Shown: positions 39,814 through 51,002, numbered from the stretch's first letter. The stretch is 64,000 nucleotides of DNA from Candidatus Yonathbacteria bacterium RIFCSPLOWO2_01_FULL_43_27 (GCA_001823545.1 MHUV01000005.1:15910-79909), one strand, 5' to 3'. The notes: a model not told the origin generated them from the letters alone. Translations and numbers: made by a program.

Positions 39814-40281
39814 CTATTTCACAATAATATTTCCCCCATCACGCTGGTACAGGCGGTTCATATAACGCCATGTCCCTGTACCTGTAAACGTGACACTAAA
39901 GGTACCCCCGCGAACGATTGAGCCTTTTTGATTAAGGAGTGTTACTCCGAATCCACCAATATCAGTCGAAGCAACTGAAAGTTCTCTACTTGAATTGTTA
40001 ACGAATTTAATCGTGCTTCCCAGCTTAACTTCAATAACCCCTGGACTAAATCCTGCGTCAGTATACGAAACCGTATATGCGCCAATCTTTGGTGCTGCAG
40101 GAGTTGAGGTCTTTTTCACGACAGGTTTAGGCGCTGTCGTAGTAGACGATGTTGTGGTTGCTACTTCCAACTTTTTTGCATCTTGCGCATTGGGTGCGAG
40201 TGCACTATCTTTAAACAAAAGGGACGATGCGTACAAAACAACGAGAACTGCAATGACTAAGATGATATATTTTTTATTCAT
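39814..40281 (-). CDS. Secreted/membrane-anchored protein with a cupredoxin-like beta domain (hypothetical)
   Basis: An N-terminal TM helix (MNKKYIILVIAVLVVL), a Thr/Ser-rich linker, and a C-terminal EVKLGSTIKFVNNSS beta-sandwich-like segment. Confidence 0.4.
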   Translation of the reverse strand: MNKKYIILVIAVLVVLYASSLLFKDSALAPNAQDAKKLEVATTTSSTTTAPKPVVKKTSTPAAPKIGAYTVSYTDAGFSPGVIEVKLGSTIKFVNNSSRELSVASTDIGGFGVTLLNQKGSIVRGGTFSVTFTGTGTWRYMNRLYQRDGGNIIVK

Positions 40282-40317
40282 ATGGTGATTGCAATTTCTT
40301 GATGCGTAACCTCTCAT

Positions 40318-42378
40318 CTACACATCAATATTTGCCATTTTTGCATTAGATTGGATAAATGACTTACGTGAAGCAACATCCTCACCCATCAATACGTCAA
40401 AGGCACGATCGGCGTCTACCGCATCGAGGATTGTTACCTGCTTCAACACACGACTACGAGGATCCATCGTCGTTTCCCAGAGCTCTTCTGGGTTCATTTC
40501 TCCAAGACCCTTGTAGCGTTGCAACGAAGTCTTTGCTTCACGCTTCTTTCCTTTTTCCTCTTCTTCCTCTGCTTCTTCTTCAGAAGTTTTTCCTTCTTCT
40601 GCTTGCGTTTCTTCTGCCACCTCAAGCATACTTACATCTTTGCCAAGGAATTTAATTTTTTCCTCCTCGCTGTATACATAGGTGATCTCCTTTCCTCTCT
40701 TAATTTTATACAAAGGTGGTTGCGCGATATAGATAAAACCGCCTTCAATGACTGGCTTAAAGTAACGATAGAAAAGGGTAAGGAGTAACGTGCGAATGTG
40801 CGCGCCGTCGACGTCAGCATCTGTCGCAATGATGATCTTGTGATAGCGAAGTTTAGAAATATCAAAAATGTCCCCAATACCCGTACCCATAGCAACCACG
40901 AGTGAACGGATCTCTACCGACGCAAGCATTTTATCTAGGCGCGCGCGCTCCACGTTCAAAATTTTACCCTTGAGCGGAAGGATTGCCTGCGTGCGTCTAT
41001 CACGTCCTTGTTTTGAGGAACCACCTGCAGAATCTCCCTCTACAATAAAGATTTCAGATTCTTCAGCTTTTGAGGTCTGACAATCAGCAAGCTTTCCAGG
41101 GAGTGTAAGTCCTTCAAGTGCACCCTTACGAAGTACGCTTTCCTTTGCAGCTTTTGCTGCCTTGCGTGCTCGAAGTGCAAGAATAACCTTGTTTACAATA
41201 GCGCGTGCATCTTCAGGGTTTTCTTCAAGAAATTGTCCGAGCGCTTCACCAAAAACTTTTTCGACAGCACCGCGTGCTTCTACGGAACCGAGTTTTCCTT
41301 TCGTCTGACCCTCGAACTGAATTTCATGAAGCTTGACCGAGATAGCTGAAGTCAGACCCTCGCGCACATCGTCAGCCGTAAAATTCTCATCATTTTCCTT
41401 GATAAAATTATTTTTGCGTCCGTATTCATTAAGCTTGCGCGTAAGTGCCGTACGAAAACCGGTCACGTGCGTTCCACCCTCTGCATTGTAGGTATTGTTT
41501 GCAAACGCAAGTTCACGAGATGAGATATCATCGATATACTGGATCGCCACCTCAACCTGCACACCGTCGACTTCTTTTTCTACGTAACAAATATTTTTGT
41601 GTACGGGCTTCTGATGCTGGTTATAAAAACGCACAAGAGAAACGAGGCCTCCGTCAAAATAAAATGACATTGAGGGAACTTCAAATCCCATATCCCTGAG
41701 ATATACTTCGTTATCAAGTTTGAGCTTTCCAGCATATTCTCGTAGGTCAAGAATATCGATATGGAGTGCCTTGATGAGGTACGCCTGTTGGCGAAGATGA
41801 TTGACGATTTGATTCCAATTCCATGCGATCTCTTTGAAGATTAATTCATCTGGCTCGAACGTAACCACCGTACCACGGAATTTTGTCGTACCAACTTTTT
41901 TCACCGGAGCTTTTTTCTTTCCACGCTCATACTCCTGCATATGGACCCCTTTGTCCTGATGGACTTCAACTTTGGTATACACCGAAAGTGCGTTTACTAC
42001 TGAGGCACCTACTCCGTGAAGACCGCCCGACACCTTGTATCCTTTGCCCTCAAATTTACCGCCCGCATGGAGCGTCGTCATAATAGTTTCAAGCGCAGAA
42101 ACTTTTGTTTTAGGATGAATACCCACAGGGATACCGCGACCGTTGTCTACGACACGAACTCGATTCCCTGGAAGAAGGGCGACTTCAATACGGTCAGAAA
42201 AACCACCCATCGCTTCATCACGCGAGTTATCAAAGATCTCCCAAATGAGATGGTGCAACCCCTCGGGGCCCGTAGATCCGATATACATACCCGGGCGCTT
42301 GCGTACCGGTTCAAGACCTTCAAGGACCAGGATGTCCTCTGCTCCATATCCTGTTGTTTTTTCTTCTTTTTTGGCCAT
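40318..42378 (-). CDS. gyrB: DNA gyrase subunit B
   Basis: GHKL ATPase motifs, Toprim EGDSAGGS and PLKGKILNVE. There is an acidic insertion (EEEAEEEEEKGKK) near the C-terminus. Confidence 0.9.
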   Translation of the reverse strand: MAKKEEKTTGYGAEDILVLEGLEPVRKRPGMYIGSTGPEGLHHLIWEIFDNSRDEAMGGFSDRIEVALLPGNRVRVVDNGRGIPVGIHPKTKVSALETIMTTLHAGGKFEGKGYKVSGGLHGVGASVVNALSVYTKVEVHQDKGVHMQEYERGKKKAPVKKVGTTKFRGTVVTFEPDELIFKEIAWNWNQIVNHLRQQAYLIKALHIDILDLREYAGKLKLDNEVYLRDMGFEVPSMSFYFDGGLVSLVRFYNQHQKPVHKNICYVEKEVDGVQVEVAIQYIDDISSRELAFANNTYNAEGGTHVTGFRTALTRKLNEYGRKNNFIKENDENFTADDVREGLTSAISVKLHEIQFEGQTKGKLGSVEARGAVEKVFGEALGQFLEENPEDARAIVNKVILALRARKAAKAAKESVLRKGALEGLTLPGKLADCQTSKAEESEIFIVEGDSAGGSSKQGRDRRTQAILPLKGKILNVERARLDKMLASVEIRSLVVAMGTGIGDIFDISKLRYHKIIIATDADVDGAHIRTLLLTLFYRYFKPVIEGGFIYIAQPPLYKIKRGKEITYVYSEEEKIKFLGKDVSMLEVAEETQAEEGKTSEEEAEEEEEKGKKREAKTSLQRYKGLGEMNPEELWETTMDPRSRVLKQVTILDAVDADRAFDVLMGEDVASRKSFIQSNAKMANIDV

Positions 42379-42483
42379 AAAACTAACAAACCACCTTTAA
42401 AAGGTGACTATTTATATATGTCTATTATAGCACAAAATCCTATTCCATAAAAGGAAAATTGGTGCTTATTTACCAAGGTAAAT

Positions 42484-42520
42484 CTAAAAAACAAACCCCC
42501 TTGAGATAGACTCAGGGGGG
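42484..42520 (-). terminator. Rho-independent terminator downstream of the VanX-like gene
   Basis: On the minus strand: CCCCCTGAG-tctatc-TCAAGGGGG plus TTTGTTTTTT. Confidence 0.6.
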
Positions 42521-42552
42521 TTCAAGAACAAAAGAAGATTGTTGATTTTTCG

Positions 42553-43260
42553 CTATTTTTTTGCTGGACCATATATGGCACATTTTCTTCCTGTATACGC
42601 AGCCCACATTTGGTCGCCAAATGAGTAATGCCACCATTCCCCAGGGTAATACGAAAATCCTACTGACTGCATTATCTTTCTCAGTTGCTTTCTCTGTTTC
42701 TGCTGTTCAGTATTTATTGATTTCGTGTACATGGGCGTAGCATCATTGTGCGCACAATACTCAGAACCGAAATCAAGAAAATTTCCATTCTTATCCACAA
42801 TCAGTACATCCACCGCACCTCCTGTTTGATGAGGCCCGTTGCCGTTTGGTAACGCAGAATACTTGCGAGCCAAGCTCTCAACTTCATCAGGTGTAAAATC
42901 TGGATTCTTTTGCTTTACTTCTACACATACATCATTCCAGAATTTTTTCTGAACGCACACACTTCGATACCCATATCGTATAAAGAGCTTTAAGTCCGGC
43001 GGGAGCATCGAACTAGCAACGACGAGTTTATCAAGAACGCTTTTTCTTACAAGGACCCCTCTCTCTTCAGGACAAGACACAACTATCCTATTTGCACCTA
43101 ATGAAGATATTTTTACCAAAATATCTTCATTCTCACAAACGGGGATATTTCTAATGTACATACTTGGTATCATCGTAATAAAACCAAGTTTGTAACTTGC
43201 CCTATATACGAAACCAATCCATCCTATCTCCTTGAGTATTTTTTTAAGAATTTGCTTCAT
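42553..43260 (-). CDS. D-alanyl-D-alanine dipeptidase (VanX/DdpX, M15D)
   Basis: HQTGGAVDV and GEWWHYS motifs; AT-rich gene. Confidence 0.65.
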   Translation of the reverse strand: MKQILKKILKEIGWIGFVYRASYKLGFITMIPSMYIRNIPVCENEDILVKISSLGANRIVVSCPEERGVLVRKSVLDKLVVASSMLPPDLKLFIRYGYRSVCVQKKFWNDVCVEVKQKNPDFTPDEVESLARKYSALPNGNGPHQTGGAVDVLIVDKNGNFLDFGSEYCAHNDATPMYTKSINTEQQKQRKQLRKIMQSVGFSYYPGEWWHYSFGDQMWAAYTGRKCAIYGPAKK

Positions 43261-43282
43261 AAAATAATTCTCTTATTTATTG

Positions 43283-45151
43283 TTACCGAATTACCATCGT
43301 TTTTCCTATATAGATATCGTGCCAGAGTGCAAGGAGGAGAAGGAGGTAGAGTTTGCGCGCGTTGTCAGCACGACCAGAAATATGATCAGCGATAAGTTGC
43401 TCAATTATAGGAATATTAAAATGCTCAATAATGTACGTATTTTTTACAATACGAGTATAGAGTTCTGTTTGGGATGCATCAAACCATTTTTTTACCGGCG
43501 TAGGAAATCCAAGTTTTTTGCGTCGTGAAATTTCTGTAGTAAGGAGCTTGTCCGCAACTCTTCTCAATAAATATTTCGTCGTATAGTTTTTCCACTTGAG
43601 TGATGGTGGAATATTACGCGCAAAATTTTGTACCTCACGATCAAGAAATGGTACGCGAAGTTCGAGTGAATGCGCCATGGTCATTTTGTCTGCCTTTGCC
43701 AAAATGTCTCCAGGAAGCCATGTATTGATATCGATATACTGCATTTTTTCTGAGTCCTGACGTCCGGCAACTTTATGATAAAGAGGCGCGAGACTGAGGC
43801 GGGGACCCCCCTTCCCCTTCCATAAATCACCAATCTCTTTATGAGAAAAAATTTGTGCGTTACCAATATACCAATCCTCAATATTACTGAAAAAACGAAT
43901 GAGAAAATTCTTTCCACGAAATGAGAGTTTCGAACCTGCAAGCGGTCGCAAGAAATATTCTCGAATGAATTTTGGCACCACCATCAGACGGCGACGCGCG
44001 TACGATTCAAGGTAGATATTATAGCCACCAAAAAGCTCATCAGCACCTTCGCCTGACATTACTACTTTTACTTTTTTACGCGCCTCGCGTGCTACGAAAT
44101 AAAGTGCCGCCGCGGAAGGATCGGCAACAGGTTCATCAAAATGCCATACGATTTTGGGAAGTTCTTTGAAATATTCTTTGCGTGATATGGTAATAGCTTT
44201 GTGGCTCGTGCCGATGCGACGCGCCGTCACCTCTGCCTCGCGCGCTTCGGTCACTTCATCAAAACCAATCGTAAAGGTGGAGAGTTTTCTATTTTTGAGA
44301 TTTTTCTGTGCGAGTGCCGCGATAATACCACTATCAATACCCCCACTCAAAAAAGAGCCGACAGGAACATCACTCACCATATGATGCTTCACAGAATCGT
44401 CCAGCACGGCAATGAGCTCCTGTGTCCATTTTTCTTCGCTTATTTCGGTACCGTTATTTTCTTTTGCGGTAGCTTCAAAGTTAAATTCTGCGTAACGCTT
44501 TTCAATGAACGTGCCCTGCGCGAGATCGATGTCGAGAAAACTTCCTGGCGTAAGTTTGAAAATATTTTTGAAAAATGTTTCTTTCAGAGGATTGTATTGA
44601 AACGAAAGATAGTTCATAACAGCCTCATCGTTCACCACGCGAGGCACACCCGGAATCGTTAGGATGCTTTTTATCTCAGATCCAAACGCCGTAATACGTC
44701 CATCCTCAACATAGTAGTACAATGGCTTGATGCCAAAAAAATCGCGCGCAATAAATAGTTTTTGTTTGCGTTTGTCAAAAATAGCGAACGCAAACATACC
44801 TCGCAGTTTGCCCAAGCACGCAGACCCTTCTTCTTCAAAAAGATGGAGGATAACCTCGGTGTCAGTATGCGTTTTAAATTTGTATCCACGTTTAATCAAC
44901 TGCTCGCGAAGAGCTTTATAGTTGTAAATTTCTCCGTTGAACACAATAACAAAATTTTCGTTCTGTGACGTGATAGGCTGTTTTCCTCCCTCAAGGTCAA
45001 TAATAGAAAGTCGGCGCATACCGAGCGCAAGCGTAGCGTCCACATAATGTCCCTCGTCATCAGGCCCACGATGAAAAATAGCATCCGTCATTACACGAAT
45101 AAGTTCTTTGTTTTGCTCTCCTTTGCCAATGATGCCTGCGATACCACACAT
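43283..45151 (-). CDS. asnB: Asparagine synthetase (glutamine-hydrolysing)
   Basis: An N-terminal MCGIAG nucleophile and the SGGIDS PP-loop. Confidence 0.9.
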   Translation of the reverse strand: MCGIAGIIGKGEQNKELIRVMTDAIFHRGPDDEGHYVDATLALGMRRLSIIDLEGGKQPITSQNENFVIVFNGEIYNYKALREQLIKRGYKFKTHTDTEVILHLFEEEGSACLGKLRGMFAFAIFDKRKQKLFIARDFFGIKPLYYYVEDGRITAFGSEIKSILTIPGVPRVVNDEAVMNYLSFQYNPLKETFFKNIFKLTPGSFLDIDLAQGTFIEKRYAEFNFEATAKENNGTEISEEKWTQELIAVLDDSVKHHMVSDVPVGSFLSGGIDSGIIAALAQKNLKNRKLSTFTIGFDEVTEAREAEVTARRIGTSHKAITISRKEYFKELPKIVWHFDEPVADPSAAALYFVAREARKKVKVVMSGEGADELFGGYNIYLESYARRRLMVVPKFIREYFLRPLAGSKLSFRGKNFLIRFFSNIEDWYIGNAQIFSHKEIGDLWKGKGGPRLSLAPLYHKVAGRQDSEKMQYIDINTWLPGDILAKADKMTMAHSLELRVPFLDREVQNFARNIPPSLKWKNYTTKYLLRRVADKLLTTEISRRKKLGFPTPVKKWFDASQTELYTRIVKNTYIIEHFNIPIIEQLIADHISGRADNARKLYLLLLLALWHDIYIGKTMVIR

Positions 45152-45174
45152 ATGTTAGGATGATTTGAAAAATA

Positions 45175-46263
45175 TTATTTACTAAGCAATGCCAATATTA
45201 CCCCCACCACGACCGATACCATTGCAATAACCCAATAGCGCATTACGACCTTGTACTTTGACCACCCGAGTGCCTCGAAATGATGATGAAGTGGCGCAAC
45301 CAGAAAAACTTTTTTTCCACCACGAAACTTTTTAGAAAGTAATTGCACAATGACCGAAAAAGATGTTGCGACGAGCGGAAGCGCAATGATCGGCAAAATA
45401 AATACCGTATCGGTCATAAATGCAAGCACGGAGAGTACTACGGTGAGCGCTAACATTCCTGTTTCTCCCATATAAAAACGTGCCGGCGGTATGTTGAACC
45501 ACAAAAAGGCGAGCGTGCCTCCGGATACCGCCGAGGTAAACGCAGCAAGGTCATTCTGGTGATTCAGAAACGCAATTGCCGCATACCCCATAAATATCGG
45601 CGCAAGGACACCTGCCGAAAGACCATCAATACCGTCAATCACGCTCGCAGAAAACGTTGCCAACATAACCATAATGAAAAAAAGTATATAGAAAATTCCA
45701 AAATCAAGAGAACCGTAAAAGGGAATATGCACCGCAGTCACGCCAAGCTTAAACACAAACCACCAGCCGATAAAAAGTCCTATAAGAATGATAGTTCCCG
45801 CTTTGATCTTTCGGTATTTACTGTGATCATTTGCATAGTTTCCTTTTCCAAAGATCTGTAGCAAATCATCAGAAAGCCCGATGAGCGCAGCGGCGATAAG
45901 CGCAAAAAGAGGAATGAAGGTTTGGTTACGACTCAAAAAATTTAACTTTTCAGCAAGTGATGTAGGGAAAATCCATGACACGAGTGCAAAAAGAATTATC
46001 ACTAAAAAAACAGAAAGCCAAATAACTATGCCTCCCACGCGTGGAGTAGAAAGCTCCCCTGCCTCGTTATGTATCTGCTTAAATGCCACTGATTTATCAT
46101 CACTCTTGCGAGAGACCTTTTTCCACATCTGATACTTCACAAAATAGTGCATCAAAAGTGGCGTAATAAAAATCCCCACGGCAAAGGTAAGTGCTGCCGG
46201 AATAAATATTTTGAGTAATGTGAGGGTACCTATTTCAGTCATAGTAGTTATCGGACTTCCCAA
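45175..46263 (-). CDS. mraY: Phospho-N-acetylmuramoyl-pentapeptide transferase
   Basis: The APLHHHFE motif in a polytopic membrane topology. Confidence 0.85.
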   Translation of the reverse strand: MGSPITTMTEIGTLTLLKIFIPAALTFAVGIFITPLLMHYFVKYQMWKKVSRKSDDKSVAFKQIHNEAGELSTPRVGGIVIWLSVFLVIILFALVSWIFPTSLAEKLNFLSRNQTFIPLFALIAAALIGLSDDLLQIFGKGNYANDHSKYRKIKAGTIILIGLFIGWWFVFKLGVTAVHIPFYGSLDFGIFYILFFIMVMLATFSASVIDGIDGLSAGVLAPIFMGYAAIAFLNHQNDLAAFTSAVSGGTLAFLWFNIPPARFYMGETGMLALTVVLSVLAFMTDTVFILPIIALPLVATSFSVIVQLLSKKFRGGKKVFLVAPLHHHFEALGWSKYKVVMRYWVIAMVSVVVGVILALLSK

Positions 46264-48167
46264 CCACGTGCACGGAGCGCAATCGTGATGCGGAGCATAC
46301 TGTTATTAATTTCTTCATCCGAGAGTGTCTTTTCGTACGACTGGAAAACAAGATTAAATGCGTATGAGGTTCTTTTACCCTCGGGGAACTCTTTGGTAAA
46401 AACATCAAACAAGCGCTTCGTGCGAAGAAGGTCTCCTCCTTCGTGAACAATTATTGCGAGAACTTCGTCATTTGGTATTCCCTCAGGAACCCAAAGTGCA
46501 ATGTCTCGCAGCATAAATGGATACGCAGAAATTTTCTGATAACGAGTGCCCACCGAAACAAACGGCGCGCCAACCTTTGGCTCAGGCAACGTGTCCAAGA
46601 GAGCACCGAGATCAAGCTCGAAAACATTTGTCGTAAATACTCCTTCGATGGCAACACCAAGCACTTCACCGATAACGGTACGGACTTCTTCAAGCGCCTC
46701 GCGGGTCATCGTATCTTTCTTTTTACCAGCCTTGGTGAGTTCTATACCAACAGCACACAATAATTTTTCTTCCATCACCCCAGGGAACGCTTTCCCTATT
46801 TCAAAAATTCTTATTTCATCCAAACCAAGAAGGGGTGCGTTGCGAACATTGAGCTCAAGCGCCTGTTCAATATTCATTGCCAAATTCTTGCGCAAAAAAG
46901 CCTTGTCTTCTGCAAGCGGATTTAATACGGCAAATTCCCCCTCTTTTTGAAATGAAGAAGTATATACCTCAGAAAAACCGCGCGCTACGAGGGTGTCACG
47001 GATAAGGTTCGCATAATAATATGCCTTGAGTGGACGTGCAGTAAATGCAAAATCAGGAAGTGGTGCATCGGTAATTTTATAAAAACCATACACACGGCCA
47101 ATTTCCTCTGCAATGTCCTCTTTAATCGAAAGGTCGAGGCGCACCAAAGGTGGCGTAATGGTGAACGTCTCACCATCTCTCGTATGTGTAAAACCTAACC
47201 GCACAACGATTCCTTCAACTTCATCAGGAGAAAGGGTACTTCCTAAAATACCATTTATGTCCGAGACCGTAATAACAATTGTTTGCGCCTGTTGTGGCTC
47301 TGGATACACGTCGACTATTTCTCCTACACGCGCTTGCGGATACATCTCGAGGAGGAGTTTGGTTGCAAGGTGTATAGCCTCTTCAGTAAGTGAGGGAGAA
47401 AGACCGTGTTCATAACGTCGTGATGAGTCCGTGCGAATTCCTACGCGTTGTGATGTCTTGCGCGTACTTACGGCGTTAAAGTTTGCTGATTCAAACACGA
47501 TACTCGTCGTTCCAGCTTCTACACCCGCGTCCTTGCCTCCTTTTACGCCAGCAATCGCGAGTGCCTGCTTACTATCCGCAATCACCAGTGTTTCGGGAGT
47601 AAGCGTAATATCTTTATTATCGAGCGTCATCATCTTTTCACCTTCATGCGCTTTGCGAACAAATATTTCTGCTCCCGAAAGCTTGCGCAAATCGAATGCA
47701 TGCATCGGCTGTCCAAGTTCCAACATAACAAAGTTCGTAATATCTACGATGTTGTTAATCGAGCGTTGCCCCACTGACTCAAGGCGCGCACGGAGCCATG
47801 CAGGTGATTCTCCTACGCCCACATTTTCAATAACACGACCCATATATCGTGGACAAAGATGCGCATCTGATACCGAAACCTTGAGAATTGCTTCTGTTTT
47901 TTCAAAAGACTGTTGATACTCTGTCGGTATTTTTTTGAATGGCACACCAGAGAGCACCGACACCTCACGCGCAATTCCGTGATGTGACAAGAGGTCGTGT
48001 CCCCGATCTGGTAAAATTTTGAAATCAAAAATAGTGTCATCATTCCGAACCTCCATCCCCTCTACTTCACACAAGTGTTTCGTAAGGAGTGTGGCAATCT
48101 CGTTAGGCGCAGGAATATCCTTCTCAAAATGTACACGGAGCCAATTGTAGGAAATAGGGATATTCAT
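46248..48167 (-). CDS. pheT: Phenylalanyl-tRNA synthetase beta subunit (short form)
   Basis: B3/B4, B5 and catalytic-like domains; 639 aa; immediately downstream of pheS. Confidence 0.8.
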   Translation of the reverse strand: MNIPISYNWLRVHFEKDIPAPNEIATLLTKHLCEVEGMEVRNDDTIFDFKILPDRGHDLLSHHGIAREVSVLSGVPFKKIPTEYQQSFEKTEAILKVSVSDAHLCPRYMGRVIENVGVGESPAWLRARLESVGQRSINNIVDITNFVMLELGQPMHAFDLRKLSGAEIFVRKAHEGEKMMTLDNKDITLTPETLVIADSKQALAIAGVKGGKDAGVEAGTTSIVFESANFNAVSTRKTSQRVGIRTDSSRRYEHGLSPSLTEEAIHLATKLLLEMYPQARVGEIVDVYPEPQQAQTIVITVSDINGILGSTLSPDEVEGIVVRLGFTHTRDGETFTITPPLVRLDLSIKEDIAEEIGRVYGFYKITDAPLPDFAFTARPLKAYYYANLIRDTLVARGFSEVYTSSFQKEGEFAVLNPLAEDKAFLRKNLAMNIEQALELNVRNAPLLGLDEIRIFEIGKAFPGVMEEKLLCAVGIELTKAGKKKDTMTREALEEVRTVIGEVLGVAIEGVFTTNVFELDLGALLDTLPEPKVGAPFVSVGTRYQKISAYPFMLRDIALWVPEGIPNDEVLAIIVHEGGDLLRTKRLFDVFTKEFPEGKRTSYAFNLVFQSYEKTLSDEEINNSMLRITIALRARGWEVR

Positions 48168-48169
48168 AA

Positions 48170-48967
48170 TTAAAATTGATTAACGAGACGCAAGTCACCC
48201 GAATACAAATAACGAATGTCATCAATACCGTATTTGAGCATAACGAGACGGTCAACACCCATACCAAATGCAAATCCACGATACTTTTGAGGATCAATGC
48301 CTGATGCCGTGAGCACATTAGGGTGTACCATACCTGCACCCATTACTTCGATAAAACCTGTTTGCTTGCACATGCCACATCCTTTACCACTACATTTTAC
48401 ACACGATACGTCAACCTCTACACCCGGTTCTACAAACGGAAAGAACGACGGTCGAAAACGAATAGTCGCTTGCGTGCCGTATAATCGTTTAAAAAATTCA
48501 TTGAGGGTGTACTGTAAATGAGAAAGAGAAATCCCCTCACCTACCACCAGTCCCTCAATCTGATGGAACTGCGCTTCATGTGTTGCGTCGGTTGCTTCAC
48601 AGCGGAATACCTTACCTGGCACAATAATTTTAAATGGAGGCTTTTGCGTTTCCATATAACGCGCCTGCACAGAAGATGTATGAGTACGGAGCACTGTCTG
48701 CGATACCCCTTTTAGCCCTACACCACTCGTAGAGTGGTTGGGCGAACCATCTTCAGATGGTTTTAGCCAAAACGTATCCTGCATATCACGCGAAGGATGA
48801 TCTTTGGGAACGTTGAGTACATCAAAATTATAGTGCTCGCTCTCCACCTCGGGACCATCGGCAACCTCGAACCCCATCGCCACGAACGAGTCAACGATTT
48901 CGCGCACGATCTGTGTGAGAGGGTGCAAATGCCCTTGTGCTCCCTTGTTATTACGAGAATCGGTCAT
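48170..48967 (-). CDS. pheS: Phenylalanyl-tRNA synthetase alpha subunit (short form)
   Basis: Class II motifs [12 protein letters not shown] and [10 protein letters not shown]. Confidence 0.85.
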   Translation of the reverse strand: MTDSRNNKGAQGHLHPLTQIVREIVDSFVAMGFEVADGPEVESEHYNFDVLNVPKDHPSRDMQDTFWLKPSEDGSPNHSTSGVGLKGVSQTVLRTHTSSVQARYMETQKPPFKIIVPGKVFRCEATDATHEAQFHQIEGLVVGEGISLSHLQYTLNEFFKRLYGTQATIRFRPSFFPFVEPGVEVDVSCVKCSGKGCGMCKQTGFIEVMGAGMVHPNVLTASGIDPQKYRGFAFGMGVDRLVMLKYGIDDIRYLYSGDLRLVNQF

Positions 48968-49030
48968 TTACCTATCATACACAAAAAACACATTCTTTCA
49001 AAATCGAGTGTAATACCAATGTTTGTTGAG

Positions 49031-50740
49031 TTATGTAGTACCCAAAACCCTCACTACTGAACAATACTGCTTAATCTTTCCGAGTGCATTTTTCAATTTC
49101 TTGTCGTCTGGTTTTGCCTCAACTTCGACAAAAAAACAGTAGTCCCATCCGTCTGTTTCCGAAATCTTTGAATGAAGTTTTGATAAGTTAAGATTATCAT
49201 CTGCAAAAACACTCAGAATGTCGCGCAGAACACCAGGTCTGTCATACACCGCAAGAAGCAAGAATGTTTTTTGTGCATTAAGCGACGCACTAACCTTTGA
49301 GGCCTCACTTTTAGATACCACATAAAACTGCGTAATGTTATTTTTTTTATCCTCAATATTCTCCGCCAAGATTGTAAGTCCGTATGTTAATGCAGCCTCT
49401 CTGTCTGCGATAAACGCAACTTCTGGGTCAGTCGTCGAAAGAATTGCCTTTACTGAACTTGCTTCGGGTTCAAGCACCGCCTTAGGAACATTTCTTTGTA
49501 GCCAACCTTTTGCTTGCGCAAATGGTTGTGCGTGGGACTTAATAAACTTTATCTTTGAAATGTCATTCGTTCGCGCGAGAAGACATAAATGAATTGGCAG
49601 CTCATATGAACCAACAATATGAAGAGGGTGACGAATCAAATTATCGAGCGTTTCTTGTATAAGACCACCCGTTGAATTTTCAACTGGCACTACTCCTAAA
49701 TCAACTTCTTGCTGTATTATTTTCTCAAAAACACCGCTTATGGTAGTGCTGGGGACCTCAGCATATTTTTGCTCAAAGATATCTCGAACTGCCTTATGAG
49801 AAAAAGTGCCCTCGGGACCAAGAAATGCAATCTTGGTACCTTTTTTCAACGAAGACATCTTGGCTGATTCTTTAAGTGTTACGGTTTGTCGATCAAGGAG
49901 TGCAAAAAGATCGACAGATTTTGTTTGCGCAATAGGAATAAACGCCTTCATAGAAGAAGCAACGGAGTTGAACATTTTAACAAACGAACGTTTATCCTTC
50001 TTTTTAATATACACCGCACACGAAGCAAGAAGGCGCTGATAATCTGCGAGCACATGCTTAAAAAGAGGATTCTCCATAATGAGATTGGCCGAAAGTTCCG
50101 CACTCCCTCCAAGAATTCTCCCCGCTAAAATACTTTGTAGACGAAAAACGGGTGTTGAATACGCCTGGAAAACTTCACCTTTTTGTTTTTGCACTGTATG
50201 AGCAAAAATAATATTAGTAAGATGTGTGAGCGCTTGCACAATTGCCATTTGGCGATCATGCTCTCGTGCTTTTGAAAAGACAACTCGTGCACCTTTATTT
50301 GTAAAAAATTCTTTTAAAAAGGTAGTCCACATATTGTCTCTTCCTGAACAAAAGACAATCGTCTGACCAGCAAGACTAGGCACAAGAGGTCCAAAAAGAG
50401 GGTGAATCCCCGTCACGCCACATCGAGACTTTGTTTTGAGCATCTCCTTGAGTGGTACTTCTTTTACTGAAGTAAGGTCACACAAAAGTGCATCCTTTCG
50501 TACAGAATCACGAACCTCACGAATAACTGATACCGTATCCGCAAGAGACACGCACACAATTACAATATCCGCACGCTGTGCTAATTCTTTTGGCGTAAGT
50601 ATTGTCTTCCTGCTTGCAACCAGCACCTCAAACCCACTAGCCTCAAAGAGGCCTCGAAACCATGAACCAAACCTTCCATTTCCACCAATAATGCCAATTG
50701 TTGGTTTGTTGTTATTATTTACTATTTCCGTTTTTTTCAT
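49031..50740 (-). CDS. tyrA-pheA: Fused prephenate dehydrogenase / prephenate dehydratase / ACT domain protein
   Basis: An N-terminal Rossmann segment (IGIIGGNGRFG) is followed by a PDT domain (KIAFLGPEGTFSH) and a C-terminal ACT domain. Confidence 0.7.
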   Translation of the reverse strand: MKKTEIVNNNNKPTIGIIGGNGRFGSWFRGLFEASGFEVLVASRKTILTPKELAQRADIVIVCVSLADTVSVIREVRDSVRKDALLCDLTSVKEVPLKEMLKTKSRCGVTGIHPLFGPLVPSLAGQTIVFCSGRDNMWTTFLKEFFTNKGARVVFSKAREHDRQMAIVQALTHLTNIIFAHTVQKQKGEVFQAYSTPVFRLQSILAGRILGGSAELSANLIMENPLFKHVLADYQRLLASCAVYIKKKDKRSFVKMFNSVASSMKAFIPIAQTKSVDLFALLDRQTVTLKESAKMSSLKKGTKIAFLGPEGTFSHKAVRDIFEQKYAEVPSTTISGVFEKIIQQEVDLGVVPVENSTGGLIQETLDNLIRHPLHIVGSYELPIHLCLLARTNDISKIKFIKSHAQPFAQAKGWLQRNVPKAVLEPEASSVKAILSTTDPEVAFIADREAALTYGLTILAENIEDKKNNITQFYVVSKSEASKVSASLNAQKTFLLLAVYDRPGVLRDILSVFADDNLNLSKLHSKISETDGWDYCFFVEVEAKPDDKKLKNALGKIKQYCSVVRVLGTT

Positions 50741-51002
50741 AACGATGATTTTTTCGTGTTTCTGCCATTACGAGCTTAAAAATTTTTTCAACAAGCAACG
50801 GATTTATGTTGTATTTTTTCGCAAGAAGTTTTTTATTTTCTAAAATTTCACTCTCTCGTTTTTTATCAAATGAAGGCACATCAAACTGTGCCTTATAAAC
50901 CCCTACCTTGTGTGTTATCTTAAAACGACGTGCAAGAACGGACACGAGCTCACGGTCAACGATATCTATTTCTTTTCGTAGTTCTTTGAGAATATTTGAC
51001 AT
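50715..51002 (-). CDS. aroQ: Chorismate mutase (AroQ class)
   Basis: LRKEIDIVDRELVSVLARR; 95 aa. Confidence 0.8.
   Translation of the reverse strand: MSNILKELRKEIDIVDRELVSVLARRFKITHKVGVYKAQFDVPSFDKKRESEILENKKLLAKKYNINPLLVEKIFKLVMAETRKNHRYEKNGNSK

Noticed and set aside
39567-39827. Hydrophobic 86-aa ORF antisense to the Cys-rich peptide
   Set aside because: It begins with TTG inside the T-run of the thrS terminator and has no RBS. It is a likely shadow ORF created by the complement of Glu/Lys/Cys codons.
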